Assembly: GCA_034436515.1 (NCBI GenBank)
Contig: DAOTVL010000005.1
Coordinates: 18,500 to 82,499 of the forward strand
Length of the DNA: 64,000 bases
Origin: Anaerolineales bacterium
GTDB lineage: Bacteria; Chloroflexota; Anaerolineae; Anaerolineales; Villigracilaceae
Reading direction: 5' to 3'
Shown: piece by piece, positions 17,373 to 26,864 of the stretch
Layout: every line of letters begins with the position of its first letter
How positions within the stretch are numbered: the first letter of the stretch is position 1
Made by a program: the position numbers and the translations under genes
The notes under the pieces: model-generated
The model's database searches: none
Seen by the model: the letters and a program-made list of their open reading frames with translations, nothing else
Told to the model about the DNA's origin: nothing

Positions 17373-19000
17373 TGAGAACCTCCCATACCGTCGGCAAGCC
17401 TCGGTTGCGCCTTAGGCGTTACGCGCTGCCTCTCGCCCTTCTCGCCTTCCTCGCTTCCTGCGCTTCCCCCGCTCCCGCCGCGCCCGTCTTCCCGACCTTC
17501 ATTCTGGTCACGCAAGACCCTCATGCGACTTCGACCTCGACCCCTTTCCAGCCTTCCGGCAAGGCAGTTTCGCTCCCGCCGACTTTTACGGCTTCCGCGA
17601 CTCCATCCCTCACGCCGACTGTGACCGCCAGCGCGACGCCGCTTCCTACGCTGACGGCGACTCTCTCCCCCGTCCCGCCCCCGCCGACGGTTGGCTCTAT
17701 TCCGACAGCCGTTCCCCAGCCCGTAACTCCCTCGCGCGCCAATTACATCCTCACCGCTACGCTTGATTTTGACGCGCATATCCTTGACGTGGACGAGACT
17801 ATCCGCTATTACAACACGACGGGAGTCGCGCTCTCCGATATTGTTCTCTCCGTCCAGCCTAACCGCTACGACGGGGCGTTTTCGCTGTTGGCGGTTTTTC
17901 AAGATAACGCCGCGCTCACGACTTACTCGCTCAGCGACCAGCGTTTGACGTTGAATCTACCGCAGCCGCTTCAGCCTAACGCCGCCACTACCCTGGGGAT
18001 TAAGTTCAAGTTGAACCTTCCCCCAAAAACCGACGAAAGACTCTTTGGCTACGACTTCAACCAGATTGACCTGGTGGACTGGTATCCCTTTGTCGTTCCC
18101 TATGACGGCGGCTGGATTTTGCGCGACCCCATGCCCTTTGGCGAACACCTTGTTTACGACTCTGCGGACATCGAGCTGAACCTCAAAACCAGCCCGGACG
18201 TGATAGTCGCCGCCGGCGCGCCCGCCGAATCGAACGGCGAATGGACCCGCTATCGGCTCTACGGCGCGCGCGCCTTCGCGCTTTCGGCAAGCGACGAGTT
18301 TTTGATGTCCGAATCCGCTGTCGGACCAGTCAAGATACGCTCTTATTATTTCGACGGTTACAAAGCCGCCGGCGAGGGAATCCTCTATGCGGCGGCTCAG
18401 GCGGTCAGTCTTTTTTCCGCCAAATTTGCTCCCTATCCCTATGAAACCTTATCCATTGTCCAGACCGACATTCACGACGGCATGGAGGCTGACGGCTTGG
18501 TGTTCGTCGCCTCGGATTTTTACGGACAATACGGCGGCGGCGCCAAAAATAACCTCGTTTCGATTGGCGTGCATGAAATCTCCCATCAATGGTGGTATGG
18601 GCTGGTGGGCAACGACCAGGCGCTTGAACCCTGGCTCGACGAGATGATGGCGACTTACAGCGAGCGGATTTTCTACGAATTCAATTATCCGCGCTACGGC
18701 GATTGGTGGTGGCAGTTTCGCGTGGATTATTTCAAACCGACGGGGTATGTGGATACGCCCATCTATAGCGGCGGCTCGTTTCGCTCCTATGTCAATGCGG
18801 TGTACTTGCGCGGCGCGCGCTTTATGGAAGATTTGCGCGTCCGCATGGGCGACGAGAATTTCTACGCCTTCCTCAAGGACTACGCCGCCCGTTATTCCCG
18901 CCAGCGCGTCACCACCGCCGATTTTTTCGCCGCTGTCCGCGCCCACACCAACGCCGACCTCAGCGACTTGACGATGAAATATTTTTCAATCTCGTACTGA
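17372..19000 (+). CDS. M1-family zinc metallopeptidase-like lipoprotein (tandem paralog)
   Basis: The start overlaps the previous stop (TAATG). Lipobox is LASCAS with a long Pro/Thr/Ser linker. HEISH-x18-E (WLDEMMATY). Colinear similarity to the upstream gene (NWYPFVVP / DWYPFVVP, GEHLVYD). Confidence 0.75.
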   Translation: MRTSHTVGKPRLRLRRYALPLALLAFLASCASPAPAAPVFPTFILVTQDPHATSTSTPFQPSGKAVSLPPTFTASATPSLTPTVTASATPLPTLTATLSPVPPPPTVGSIPTAVPQPVTPSRANYILTATLDFDAHILDVDETIRYYNTTGVALSDIVLSVQPNRYDGAFSLLAVFQDNAALTTYSLSDQRLTLNLPQPLQPNAATTLGIKFKLNLPPKTDERLFGYDFNQIDLVDWYPFVVPYDGGWILRDPMPFGEHLVYDSADIELNLKTSPDVIVAAGAPAESNGEWTRYRLYGARAFALSASDEFLMSESAVGPVKIRSYYFDGYKAAGEGILYAAAQAVSLFSAKFAPYPYETLSIVQTDIHDGMEADGLVFVASDFYGQYGGGAKNNLVSIGVHEISHQWWYGLVGNDQALEPWLDEMMATYSERIFYEFNYPRYGDWWWQFRVDYFKPTGYVDTPIYSGGSFRSYVNAVYLRGARFMEDLRVRMGDENFYAFLKDYAARYSRQRVTTADFFAAVRAHTNADLSDLTMKYFSISY

Positions 19001-19023
19001 CCCGCCGCGATATAATCGCCTGT

Positions 19024-19428
19024 ATGGAAATTACGCTCACTACTCCCGCCCTTCTTTTTCCAACGGTATCCCTGCTTTTGCTGGCTTATACCAATCGTTT
19101 TCTGACTCTTGCAACCATCATACGCAGTCTTCACGACCGTTACAAGACGGAGAACGACCGTAATCTCCTCGGGCAAATCTCGAATTTGCGTTACCGCACC
19201 TATCTTATCCGCGACACCCAGATATTCGGCGTCCTCAGCCTGCTTTGCTGCGTTGTCAGCATGTTCGCCTTGTTTGCGGGATGGGAAGAAGGCGGAAAAT
19301 GGAGTTTCGCCGCCGCGTTGATTTTGATGATGGTCTCGATGGTGATTTCCCTGCGCGAATTGCAAATTTCCGTCGGCGCGCTGGACTTGCTGCTGGCTGA
19401 ATTGGAGCACAAGAAAACGGAAAAGTGA
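19024..19428 (+). CDS. DUF2721-like small membrane protein
   Basis: About 134 aa with three hydrophobic helices. N-terminal pattern is LLFPTVSLLLLAYTNRFLTLATIIRSLHDRY. Confidence 0.6.
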   Translation: MEITLTTPALLFPTVSLLLLAYTNRFLTLATIIRSLHDRYKTENDRNLLGQISNLRYRTYLIRDTQIFGVLSLLCCVVSMFALFAGWEEGGKWSFAAALILMMVSMVISLRELQISVGALDLLLAELEHKKTEK

Positions 19429-19430
19429 AA

Positions 19431-19466
19431 CTTGAAATCCAACGACTCCAATCGTTGGATTTCAAG
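19431..19466. terminator. Bidirectional hairpin between convergent genes
   Basis: 15-bp perfect stem CTTGAAATCCAACGA / TCGTTGGATTTCAAG with a 6-nt loop. It starts 3 nt after TGA 19426-19428. Confidence 0.6.
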
Positions 19467-19494
19467 AATTGGAGGATTTTTGATTCCAGCCCTC

Positions 19495-20907
19495 CTATAA
19501 CACTTCGCCCACGCCGCGCTTCAAATACTTCCCATCGCCCGATTTGCCCAGCCACTTCTCGCCGTCCACGATTAACTTGCCGCGCAGGAAAACTTTTTCG
19601 GGGTAGCCGGTCAATTCCCAGCCTTCATAGAGGTTGTAATCTGTGCGCTGATGGGAATGCGCCACGCCGTATTTCAGTTTCTTTTCGGGGTCCCAGATTA
19701 CGATGTCGGCGTCCGCGCCGGGAAGAAGCGCTCCCTTGCGCGGATACAAGCCGAAGATTTTGGCGGGGTTGGTGGACATGTACGCCACAAACTGATTTGG
19801 CGTGATGCGGCCCGCCCGCACGCCGTACGTCCACATGATAGGCAAGCGGTCTTGCACGCCGGGCAAGCCGTTGGGGATTTTGGTGAAGTCTTTCGCGCCG
19901 AGTTCCTTGCCGGGAATGGCGATTTCTTTTCCTTCATAGACGATTGGCTTTGCGCCGTCGAAGAAAAACGGGCAATGGTCGGTGCCGACGGTTTGTAAAA
20001 TCCCTTCATGAAGTCCCTGCCATAAACGCGCGTTATCTTCCTTCGAGCGCATCGGCGGGGAGCAAATCCACTTTGCGCCATCGGGACGCCGCAACTCTTC
20101 GATTGTGAAAAACAGATACGGGGGACAGGTTTCGCCCATCACCTTGACTCCGCGCTCGCGGGCGTATTTCAGCATATCCACTTCGCCGCCCATGTTCATG
20201 TGAACGATGTAAACGGGCGAGTCTGCCTGCTCCGCCATCGCCGCCATGCGGAGAGTCGCTTCCACTGCGCCCCAGCCTGGGCGGGTGAGCGCGTGCCATT
20301 CGGGGGCGGTGTGTCCCGCCGTCAGCGCTTCGGGGATGAGCTGCTCGATGACGTCGCCGTTTTCGCAATGCGCCATCATCAACATGCCGTTTTCTTTGGC
20401 AAGCCTCAGGGCGCGGAAGATGCCGCCGTCGTCCAGCCGCAGTTTTCCGTTGTAGGCGGTGAACACTTTCAGCGTTTGGATGCCCATTTCCATCAGCGCC
20501 GGCAGTTCTCTGGCGAGTTTGTCGTCGAAACGGTTGAGGTTCATGTGGAAGGAATAATCAATCGCCGCCTTTTCCGCTTTTTTCAGCCAGAGGTCGGTCG
20601 AATATTTGAAACCTTGCTCTTCGAGGACGACAAAGTCCATGACGGTGGTTGTCCCGCCAAACGCCGCCGCCTTGTGACCTGTGTAATGGTCGTCGGATGA
20701 GACGGTGTCGAACATGGGCAGGTCAAAGTGCGTGTGCGGGTCAATCCCGCCGGGCATGATGAATTTGCCCGTCGCGTCAATCGCTTCGGCGCCGGGATGG
20801 CTTAAATTTTTCCCAATCAGCGCGATGGTTTCGCCTTCGATAAGGATGTCCGCTTGAAAAGTTTCAGACGCGGTGATGAGGGTTCCGTTTTTGAGTAAAG
20901 TTGCCAT
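19495..20907 (-). CDS. Dihydropyrimidinase / D-hydantoinase (cyclic amidohydrolase)
   Basis: 470 aa. N-terminus is LLKNGTLI...ADILIEGETI. Metal-binding GGIDPHTH is present and the overall pattern fits the hydantoinase family. Confidence 0.85.
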   Translation of the reverse strand: MATLLKNGTLITASETFQADILIEGETIALIGKNLSHPGAEAIDATGKFIMPGGIDPHTHFDLPMFDTVSSDDHYTGHKAAAFGGTTTVMDFVVLEEQGFKYSTDLWLKKAEKAAIDYSFHMNLNRFDDKLARELPALMEMGIQTLKVFTAYNGKLRLDDGGIFRALRLAKENGMLMMAHCENGDVIEQLIPEALTAGHTAPEWHALTRPGWGAVEATLRMAAMAEQADSPVYIVHMNMGGEVDMLKYARERGVKVMGETCPPYLFFTIEELRRPDGAKWICSPPMRSKEDNARLWQGLHEGILQTVGTDHCPFFFDGAKPIVYEGKEIAIPGKELGAKDFTKIPNGLPGVQDRLPIMWTYGVRAGRITPNQFVAYMSTNPAKIFGLYPRKGALLPGADADIVIWDPEKKLKYGVAHSHQRTDYNLYEGWELTGYPEKVFLRGKLIVDGEKWLGKSGDGKYLKRGVGEVL

Positions 20908-20919
20908 GAGAATTTTCTC

Positions 20920-21669
20920 CTATGGAGTTGTAGACCAAACTTTTATATCGTCCAATTCGACGACTGCGCCAGCGTCGAGCGCGAAGCGCAGACGTCCCCG
21001 CTTGAACCTTGGGTCGGATGCCGCCAAAACCCTATTGCCGTCAATGGTCAGGATTAAATCCTCTCCCTGCAAATTCAGTTTTATTTTGTACCAAACGTTC
21101 CGTTGAAACGTAAACGACCGTACGCTGTTATCCGAAATCGCCGCGAATATCCAATCGCCGTCTATGAGCGTGTTTGTTCCCAGGACGATGGTTTGATATT
21201 CGGGGGAAAGGTTGAAGAGATAGGTTCCGCGCGTTTCATCGAAGCGGAAATCCATATACAGTCCTTGCGGCTGTAAAAATTTAACCCGAAATTCAACGAC
21301 CCCATCCGAAAAATCGTTCGAACCAAAATACGCTTTCGCCGCGGGAGCGATGGATTCGGTGGCGACGCCCTTCAACGCAAGGTTGGAATTCTCATTGACG
21401 ATTTCCCAGGTTCCCACTTCAAAAGCAAACCCGCTGGCAATGTTGTCCTCGAAATTCTCATCGAAAATTAGCTGGGCGTCGCTTGCTGAAAGGGCTGTTT
21501 CAGCGGGGGTTGCGGAAGAACGGTCCAACAACTTAATAATTACCTGGCTGTTCAATATTCCAACTGTCAACGTGCCAACCAACCCAATAATTGCGACGAT
21601 AATTGCGGTGTCGATTCCCTTTTTTTCGTTCGTTTTTTTCTTTCCATTCCTGGGCATCGCGTCCTCCAA
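20920..21669 (-). CDS. Hypothetical membrane-anchored protein with a probable beta-sandwich (LamG/DUF1080-like) ectodomain
   Basis: Lys-rich N-terminus, then a single TM helix (AIIVAIIGLVGTLTVGIL), then a beta-rich domain. Noticeably more AT-rich than its neighbours. The fold assignment is inference. Confidence 0.55.
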   Translation of the reverse strand: MEDAMPRNGKKKTNEKKGIDTAIIVAIIGLVGTLTVGILNSQVIIKLLDRSSATPAETALSASDAQLIFDENFEDNIASGFAFEVGTWEIVNENSNLALKGVATESIAPAAKAYFGSNDFSDGVVEFRVKFLQPQGLYMDFRFDETRGTYLFNLSPEYQTIVLGTNTLIDGDWIFAAISDNSVRSFTFQRNVWYKIKLNLQGEDLILTIDGNRVLAASDPRFKRGRLRFALDAGAVVELDDIKVWSTTP

Positions 21670-21680
21670 ATGGTCTTTCG

Positions 21681-22244
21681 CTATTCATCCGCAGAGCAGG
21701 GCGATTCGATTTCTTTGATTCCCAGCAAAGCTATTAGCGCCTCGGGCGGCAACTCCGCTTCGGGCAAACCCGCCTGATAGAGCTGCTCGTTTTCGGCGCG
21801 TTCGCGCAGGTTCTTCCACAAAATATTCCGCTCCTCGTTTTGGACAACCAGGTCGTTCAGGATTTTCGCGTTGAGCAAATATTCTCCCGTCGAATACAAA
21901 AACGTCAGGCGCTTCCATTTGTCGGTCTTGATTGGCTCGCGCAGTTTTTCCAGCTCGCCCAGTTGGATTTTGAAATACTCCTCGTTTGCCCGTGGATGGT
22001 CTTTCTCATCGCGCAAGAGTTCGCCGCGCGTGGTGAGTTCATGTCCGCGCACCTCGGCGATGTACTCGATTTGTCCGCCGCGTTCGCCAAAAGCCGAGGG
22101 TTGGTAAAAAGCCAGGTAATCCACGGCGACAACTTTCGGCGCGGAGCGAAGCGGAATCCGATACCAGCCGAGAAGCCGCGCAATTTCCAAATCCCGCGGC
22201 GAAGGAATCAGGCAGACGAGCACCAAATCTGTGGGTTTGAGCAT
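21681..22244 (-). CDS. Conserved-looking hypothetical cytoplasmic protein (187 aa)
   Basis: Clean ORF tightly packed between neighbours (gaps of 7 and 11 nt). I recognise no family (motifs GWYRIPLRSAP, DYLAFYQPSAFGE). Confidence 0.55.
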   Translation of the reverse strand: MLKPTDLVLVCLIPSPRDLEIARLLGWYRIPLRSAPKVVAVDYLAFYQPSAFGERGGQIEYIAEVRGHELTTRGELLRDEKDHPRANEEYFKIQLGELEKLREPIKTDKWKRLTFLYSTGEYLLNAKILNDLVVQNEERNILWKNLRERAENEQLYQAGLPEAELPPEALIALLGIKEIESPCSADE

Positions 22245-22251
22245 CTTGGGA

Positions 22252-24063
22252 TTATTCGTAAAGCGGGTCTTCTATTTTCAGCGGCAGGGTGAGGGTGAAG
22301 GTCGTTCCCTTCCCGACTTCGCTTTCGACCGTAATTTCGCCGCCCATGAGATGGATGAGTTGTTTTGTAATCGAGAGACCAAGCCCGTACCCCTTGCGCA
22401 TGATTCGGTTCGCCTCGGGCAGTTGACGAAACGGCTCGAAGATGGTCTCCAGCGCGCTTTCGGGGATGCCGGGACCCGTATCGGCAACCTGTATTTTCCA
22501 TTGGTCTTCTTCAAAACGATAAATCTTCGCCGTCACGCCGCCGGTCTCGGTGAACTTGATGGCGTTGCTAATCAGGTTGACGAGGATTTGTTTCAGCCGC
22601 TGGCTGTCGCCGACGATGTAAACGGGCATGTCGTCGGAGATGGACCACTCGAAACGCAGTTTTTTTGTTTCCGCCAACACGCTCAATTGGCTGCAGGTTT
22701 TTCCCAGCACTTCATGGATGTCGAAGGACGCCTCGGCAAGTTTCAGCCTGCCGCTGTCGAGCTGCGCCTGGTCGAGCAGACCCGAAACCAGAGATTCGAG
22801 ATATTCCGTGTTTTCCCGTATTTTGCCGAGGACGCTGATTTGTTTTTCGTCCAGTTCGCCGTAGGCTTTTCGCGTCAGGAGGTCTGTGTAGCCCATGATA
22901 ATGCCCAGCGGGGTCCGCAATTCATGGCTGACGTTCGCCAGCAATTGCGATTTGAAACTGTTTGCCTGCGCGGCTTCGTCGCGGGCAAGCGCCAGCGCGG
23001 ATTCGTTTTCCTTCAAATCGGTTACGTCGCGCAGGGTGATAATCCAGCCTCCGCTTTGGCGCGGGGAATCGCGCAGCGCGCTGACGAAAAGGTCGAGCCA
23101 TTGCGGCGGCTTTCCGTCTTCTTTATCGAGGACGATTTCCTTGTGAAGGCGGTGTTGTTTCAAGCTTTCGTCTTTGATGTGAATCCATTGATGAAAAACT
23201 TCGTGAAACTGTCTTCCGATGACGGCGTTGACTTGCAGGTTGAAAAGTTCCAGCGCGGCGGGATTTAATTCCACGATTCGCATGGCAGGGTCGAGGACAA
23301 TCACAGCGTCGGAAATGCTCTCAAAGACGGCGCGATGCGCCACCGGCGCGATGTTCAACATGCCGTAACGGAAGAAGCCCCATCCTAAAATCAAAATGGA
23401 AAAAGAAAAGGTGAGGGAGGTGAAGTCTATCGGCAGCAGCCGCGCCACGACCGCGCCGTTTACGACCCAGGGCAGGAAAATCGCCGCCAGGTTGACGACG
23501 ACTTGCGAACGGTAAAAGTCCCTCTGATTCCAATATTCACGCGCCAATAAATATGCGCCGGCGGCGAGGATGCCGTAAATATAAACGGCGTGAAACCAAA
23601 ACCACCATCCCGGCGGATTCCAAATGAGGCGCAGTCCCAGGCGTTCGTTCTCCGTGAGGGCGATTTCCCTGAAAAACCAGTGGTTTATTTCGGTTGTCCA
23701 CACCGCCAGCAAGGTCAGGACGGGAAAGACCAGCGCCAGGGCGATGTTGCGCCTGGTGAGCCAGCGCCCATGACCGGAAAAGGCGAGAGCAAACGCCGCC
23801 CACGAGAGGGGGACGCCCAAGATGCCGATGTATTCGATTTTGACGGCGAGCAGTTTGACGGCGAGACTGTCGCCGCCGAGCTCGAAGATATAACCGGCAG
23901 CCCAGAGCGCCGCAAAGAAGCACATTGCGGAGAATGGGATGGCGGCGAAATGTCCCCGGCGGCGGAGCGCATACACGCCCATCGCAAAAGTCAGCGCGGC
24001 TGAAACGAACCAGAGCGTCAGGAAGGGCGTATATTGCATTTTATAAATTATACAACAATGCAA
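22252..24063 (-). CDS. Sensor histidine kinase with N-terminal 7TM sensor region, PAS, HisKA and HATPase domains
   Basis: About 7 N-terminal TM helices. H-box is SHELRTPL. N and G boxes are NLISNAIKFT and GYGLGLSI. The start may be ATG 24039 (MQYTPFL). Confidence 0.85.
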   Translation of the reverse strand: MHCCIIYKMQYTPFLTLWFVSAALTFAMGVYALRRRGHFAAIPFSAMCFFAALWAAGYIFELGGDSLAVKLLAVKIEYIGILGVPLSWAAFALAFSGHGRWLTRRNIALALVFPVLTLLAVWTTEINHWFFREIALTENERLGLRLIWNPPGWWFWFHAVYIYGILAAGAYLLAREYWNQRDFYRSQVVVNLAAIFLPWVVNGAVVARLLPIDFTSLTFSFSILILGWGFFRYGMLNIAPVAHRAVFESISDAVIVLDPAMRIVELNPAALELFNLQVNAVIGRQFHEVFHQWIHIKDESLKQHRLHKEIVLDKEDGKPPQWLDLFVSALRDSPRQSGGWIITLRDVTDLKENESALALARDEAAQANSFKSQLLANVSHELRTPLGIIMGYTDLLTRKAYGELDEKQISVLGKIRENTEYLESLVSGLLDQAQLDSGRLKLAEASFDIHEVLGKTCSQLSVLAETKKLRFEWSISDDMPVYIVGDSQRLKQILVNLISNAIKFTETGGVTAKIYRFEEDQWKIQVADTGPGIPESALETIFEPFRQLPEANRIMRKGYGLGLSITKQLIHLMGGEITVESEVGKGTTFTLTLPLKIEDPLYE

Positions 24064-24065
24064 TT

Positions 24066-24099
24066 GAAAAACCTCCGAAGTTTGACGCTTCGGAGGTTT
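24066..24099 (-). terminator. Intrinsic terminator after the PLP-enzyme gene
   Basis: On the minus strand: AAACCTCCGAAG-cgtcaaa-CTTCGGAGGTTT, followed by extra T residues. Confidence 0.65.
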
Positions 24100-24104
24100 G
24101 ACGT

Positions 24105-25571
24105 TTACAGCAATCCCACTTCCTTATTGAACTCGACAATCAACTCGTCTATTTCATCCGCTTGCTTCTGGACGCTTGTCCAGTAATCGGGCTGATACCA
24201 TTGGCGCTGAATCTCGTCGTAGGTCTTGCCCTGCTGCTCGACCCAGGTGTAGTATTTCAGGTTATGCACGCGGCGGCGGTCGGTGTAACGCAGCTCCAGC
24301 ATGTTGTCGGTGGATTGACCGTGCAGATAGCGGGCGAAGTCGGCGGCGGCGTTGGCTTCGGTGTATTCGCCAAATTCCTGATGCATTTCGTGCAGGCGCG
24401 AGCGGTACAGTTCCATCGAATCGGTCAGCACGGTGAGCATAATATCGTTTTCGCCCATCTCGTAGTATTTGGCGGCTTTGATGGCGGACAGCACGTTGGA
24501 GATGCCGGAGAAGCCGAGCAGGTCGAGTTTGCCCACTAGTTCTTCCGGCACGCCCTGCTTGACCAGATACGCCCGTCCGCTTTCTTCGTTGAACAAGCGG
24601 GAAAGGTTGACCACCGCGTTGTCGTCAATGGCGACCACGACGTCGGTGTTTTTGGCGTTGTGAATCCACGGCACGTGCTTGTCGCCGATGCCTTCGATGC
24701 GGTGCGCGCCGAAGCCGTTTTCCAGCAGGGTGGGACATTGCAGCGCCTCGCTGGCGACAATCTTGCTATCGGGGAAGAGCTGCTTCATGTAGTCGCCGCT
24801 GGCGATGGTCCCCGCCGAACCGGTGGCGGACGCCATGCCGCGATAACGGTCATTGGGTCCCATGACCTGTTTCAAGACCTCTTCCATCGCGTGACCCGTC
24901 ACCTCGTAATGCCAGAGGTAGTTGCCGAACTCGTCGAACTGATTGAAAATCATCAAATCCTGCCCGGACTTGCGCAGCTCCCAGCATTTGTCGAAGATTT
25001 CCTTGACGTTGGATTCCGAGCCGGGGGTCTTGATGGTTTCGCCCGCGACTTTGGAAAGCCAATCGAAGCGTTCCTTCGACATGCCTTCGGGCAGAATGGC
25101 GATGGATTCGCAAGCCAGCAGCGCGGAGTCGTACGCTCCGCCGCGGCAGTAGTTTCCGGTGGAGGGCCAGACCGCCTTTTGAGTCGTCGGGTCGAATTGC
25201 CCGGTGACCAGACGCGGGACGAGACAAGAAAACGCCGCGCCGACTTTGTGCGCGCCCGTCGGAAACCACTTGCCCACGAGGACGATAATCCGCGCTTTGA
25301 CTCCGGTCAGGGCGGAGGGCAGTTCCATATAGTTGACTCCGCCGAAGTTCCCGCCCTGCGCGGTCGGTTCGTTCTTCCACGTAATGCGGAACAGGTTGCG
25401 CGGGTGAATATCCCACAGCCCGATTCCTTTCAATTCCTCTTTGATTTTGGCGGGAATCTTCGAGGGGTCTTTCATTTGAGCGTAGGTGGGGATGATGATG
25501 TTGCGCTCCCGCGCGCGCTGAATGGCGCGGGCGCGGCGGTCTTTATGGATGGTGAGGTCAATTGTGGTCAT
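24105..25571 (-). CDS. PLP-dependent enzyme, tryptophan-synthase-beta-like (fold type II) superfamily; specific function unknown
   Basis: 488 aa. FPTGAHKVGAAF resembles the TGAHK PLP-lysine motif of TrpB-type enzymes. A Gly-rich phosphate loop ATGSAGTIASG is present. Substrate is not assignable from sequence. Confidence 0.6.
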   Translation of the reverse strand: MTTIDLTIHKDRRARAIQRARERNIIIPTYAQMKDPSKIPAKIKEELKGIGLWDIHPRNLFRITWKNEPTAQGGNFGGVNYMELPSALTGVKARIIVLVGKWFPTGAHKVGAAFSCLVPRLVTGQFDPTTQKAVWPSTGNYCRGGAYDSALLACESIAILPEGMSKERFDWLSKVAGETIKTPGSESNVKEIFDKCWELRKSGQDLMIFNQFDEFGNYLWHYEVTGHAMEEVLKQVMGPNDRYRGMASATGSAGTIASGDYMKQLFPDSKIVASEALQCPTLLENGFGAHRIEGIGDKHVPWIHNAKNTDVVVAIDDNAVVNLSRLFNEESGRAYLVKQGVPEELVGKLDLLGFSGISNVLSAIKAAKYYEMGENDIMLTVLTDSMELYRSRLHEMHQEFGEYTEANAAADFARYLHGQSTDNMLELRYTDRRRVHNLKYYTWVEQQGKTYDEIQRQWYQPDYWTSVQKQADEIDELIVEFNKEVGLL

Positions 25572-25624
25572 GGGGTCTCCTAAATTTTGCAGTTGTCAGA
25601 CAATTGGATTATAGCGCAAATGTG

Positions 25625-25670
25625 AAAAAATACAAACAGTCCCGCAAATTGAAATCAACTGCGGGACTGT
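25625..25670 (-). terminator. Intrinsic terminator of the decarboxylase operon
   Basis: On the minus strand: ACAGTCCCGCA-13 nt-TGCGGGACTGT, then TTGTATTTTTT. A TATAAT (plus 25608-25613) for the next gene follows. Confidence 0.7.
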
Positions 25671-25688
25671 GAATTGCTAATTTGTGAT

Positions 25689-26822
25689 TTACATTCCCAA
25701 CATCTTGCTGACCACCGAGAGTAAAATGCCGCCCGCGATGACGCTCCCCAACTGCCCGGCGGTATTCGCGCCCATGGCGTGCATGAGAATAAAATTATCG
25801 GGGTCTTCGTCGTTGGCGGTTTTTGCCGCGAGCCGCCCCGCCATGGGGAAGGCGGAGATGCCAGACGCGCCAATAAGCGGGTTGATTTTTCCGCCGCTCA
25901 GGAAGGACATCAACTTGCCGAAGAGCAAGCCAGCCACCGTGTCGAGCGCGAAGGCGAATAACCCCAGAATCATGATTTTGCCGGTGTCCCAATTGAGGAA
26001 AGCGTCCGCTTTCATCGTGGCGCCGATTGCCAGCCCGAGAAACAAGGTTGAGACGTTGATAATTTCGTTTTGCGCGGCGGCGCTCAAGCGCTCCACGACT
26101 CCGGTGACCTTGAGCAGGTTGCCAAGCATCAGCATTGAAATCAGCGGGGTGGCTTCAGGGACAAGCAGCCCGACGACGAGGGTCAGGACGACGGGAAAGA
26201 AAATCAGCGTCGTTTTAGAGATGGGCTTGGGCGCGTATTCCATTTGGATAAGGCGCTCTTTTTTCGTCGTCAGCAATTTCATCAGCGGCGGCTGGATGAT
26301 GGGGATAAGGCTCATGTAGGAATAAGCCGCCACCGCAATCGGCGCAAGCAATTCGGGCGCAAGTTTGGTCGCCACAAAAATGGAGGTGGGTCCGTCAATC
26401 GCGCCGATGACGCCGATGGAGGCGGCTTGATTCAAGGGAAATCCCAGGGCGATTGCCAATATGAGCGTGCCAAAAATGCCGAACTGTCCCGCCGCGCCGA
26501 GCAGCGCCATGCGCGGCTGGGCGAGCAGCGGCGAAAAATCAATCATCGCGCCAACGCCGATGAAGATGAGCAAGGGAAACAACTCGGTTTTGATGCCGGC
26601 GTCGTATAACACGCCCATCATGCCTTCGGCGGCGGTCATGCCTGCCAGCGGGATGTTCGCCAGGAGACAACCGAAACCGATGGGCAGCAACAGCACCGGC
26701 TCGATTTCCTTGAAAACGGCGAGGTAAATTAAAACCAGGGCGGCGAGAATCATCACGCCGCTGCCGACGGTAAAGTGCGTAAAGCCTTTGAGTAATTCGG
26801 GAAGTAAAGAAGTCAGGTCCAT
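25689..26822 (-). CDS. Sodium ion-translocating decarboxylase beta subunit (OadB/MmdB/GcdB family)
   Basis: 377-aa polytopic protein with family-typical N-terminus and length. It sits in an operon with carboxyltransferase, OadG-like and biotin carrier genes. Confidence 0.85.
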   Translation of the reverse strand: MDLTSLLPELLKGFTHFTVGSGVMILAALVLIYLAVFKEIEPVLLLPIGFGCLLANIPLAGMTAAEGMMGVLYDAGIKTELFPLLIFIGVGAMIDFSPLLAQPRMALLGAAGQFGIFGTLILAIALGFPLNQAASIGVIGAIDGPTSIFVATKLAPELLAPIAVAAYSYMSLIPIIQPPLMKLLTTKKERLIQMEYAPKPISKTTLIFFPVVLTLVVGLLVPEATPLISMLMLGNLLKVTGVVERLSAAAQNEIINVSTLFLGLAIGATMKADAFLNWDTGKIMILGLFAFALDTVAGLLFGKLMSFLSGGKINPLIGASGISAFPMAGRLAAKTANDEDPDNFILMHAMGANTAGQLGSVIAGGILLSVVSKMLGM

Positions 26823-26864
26823 AGAAATCCTTTCCGTATTACGCGGCGCGTAATGCGGAATTTG

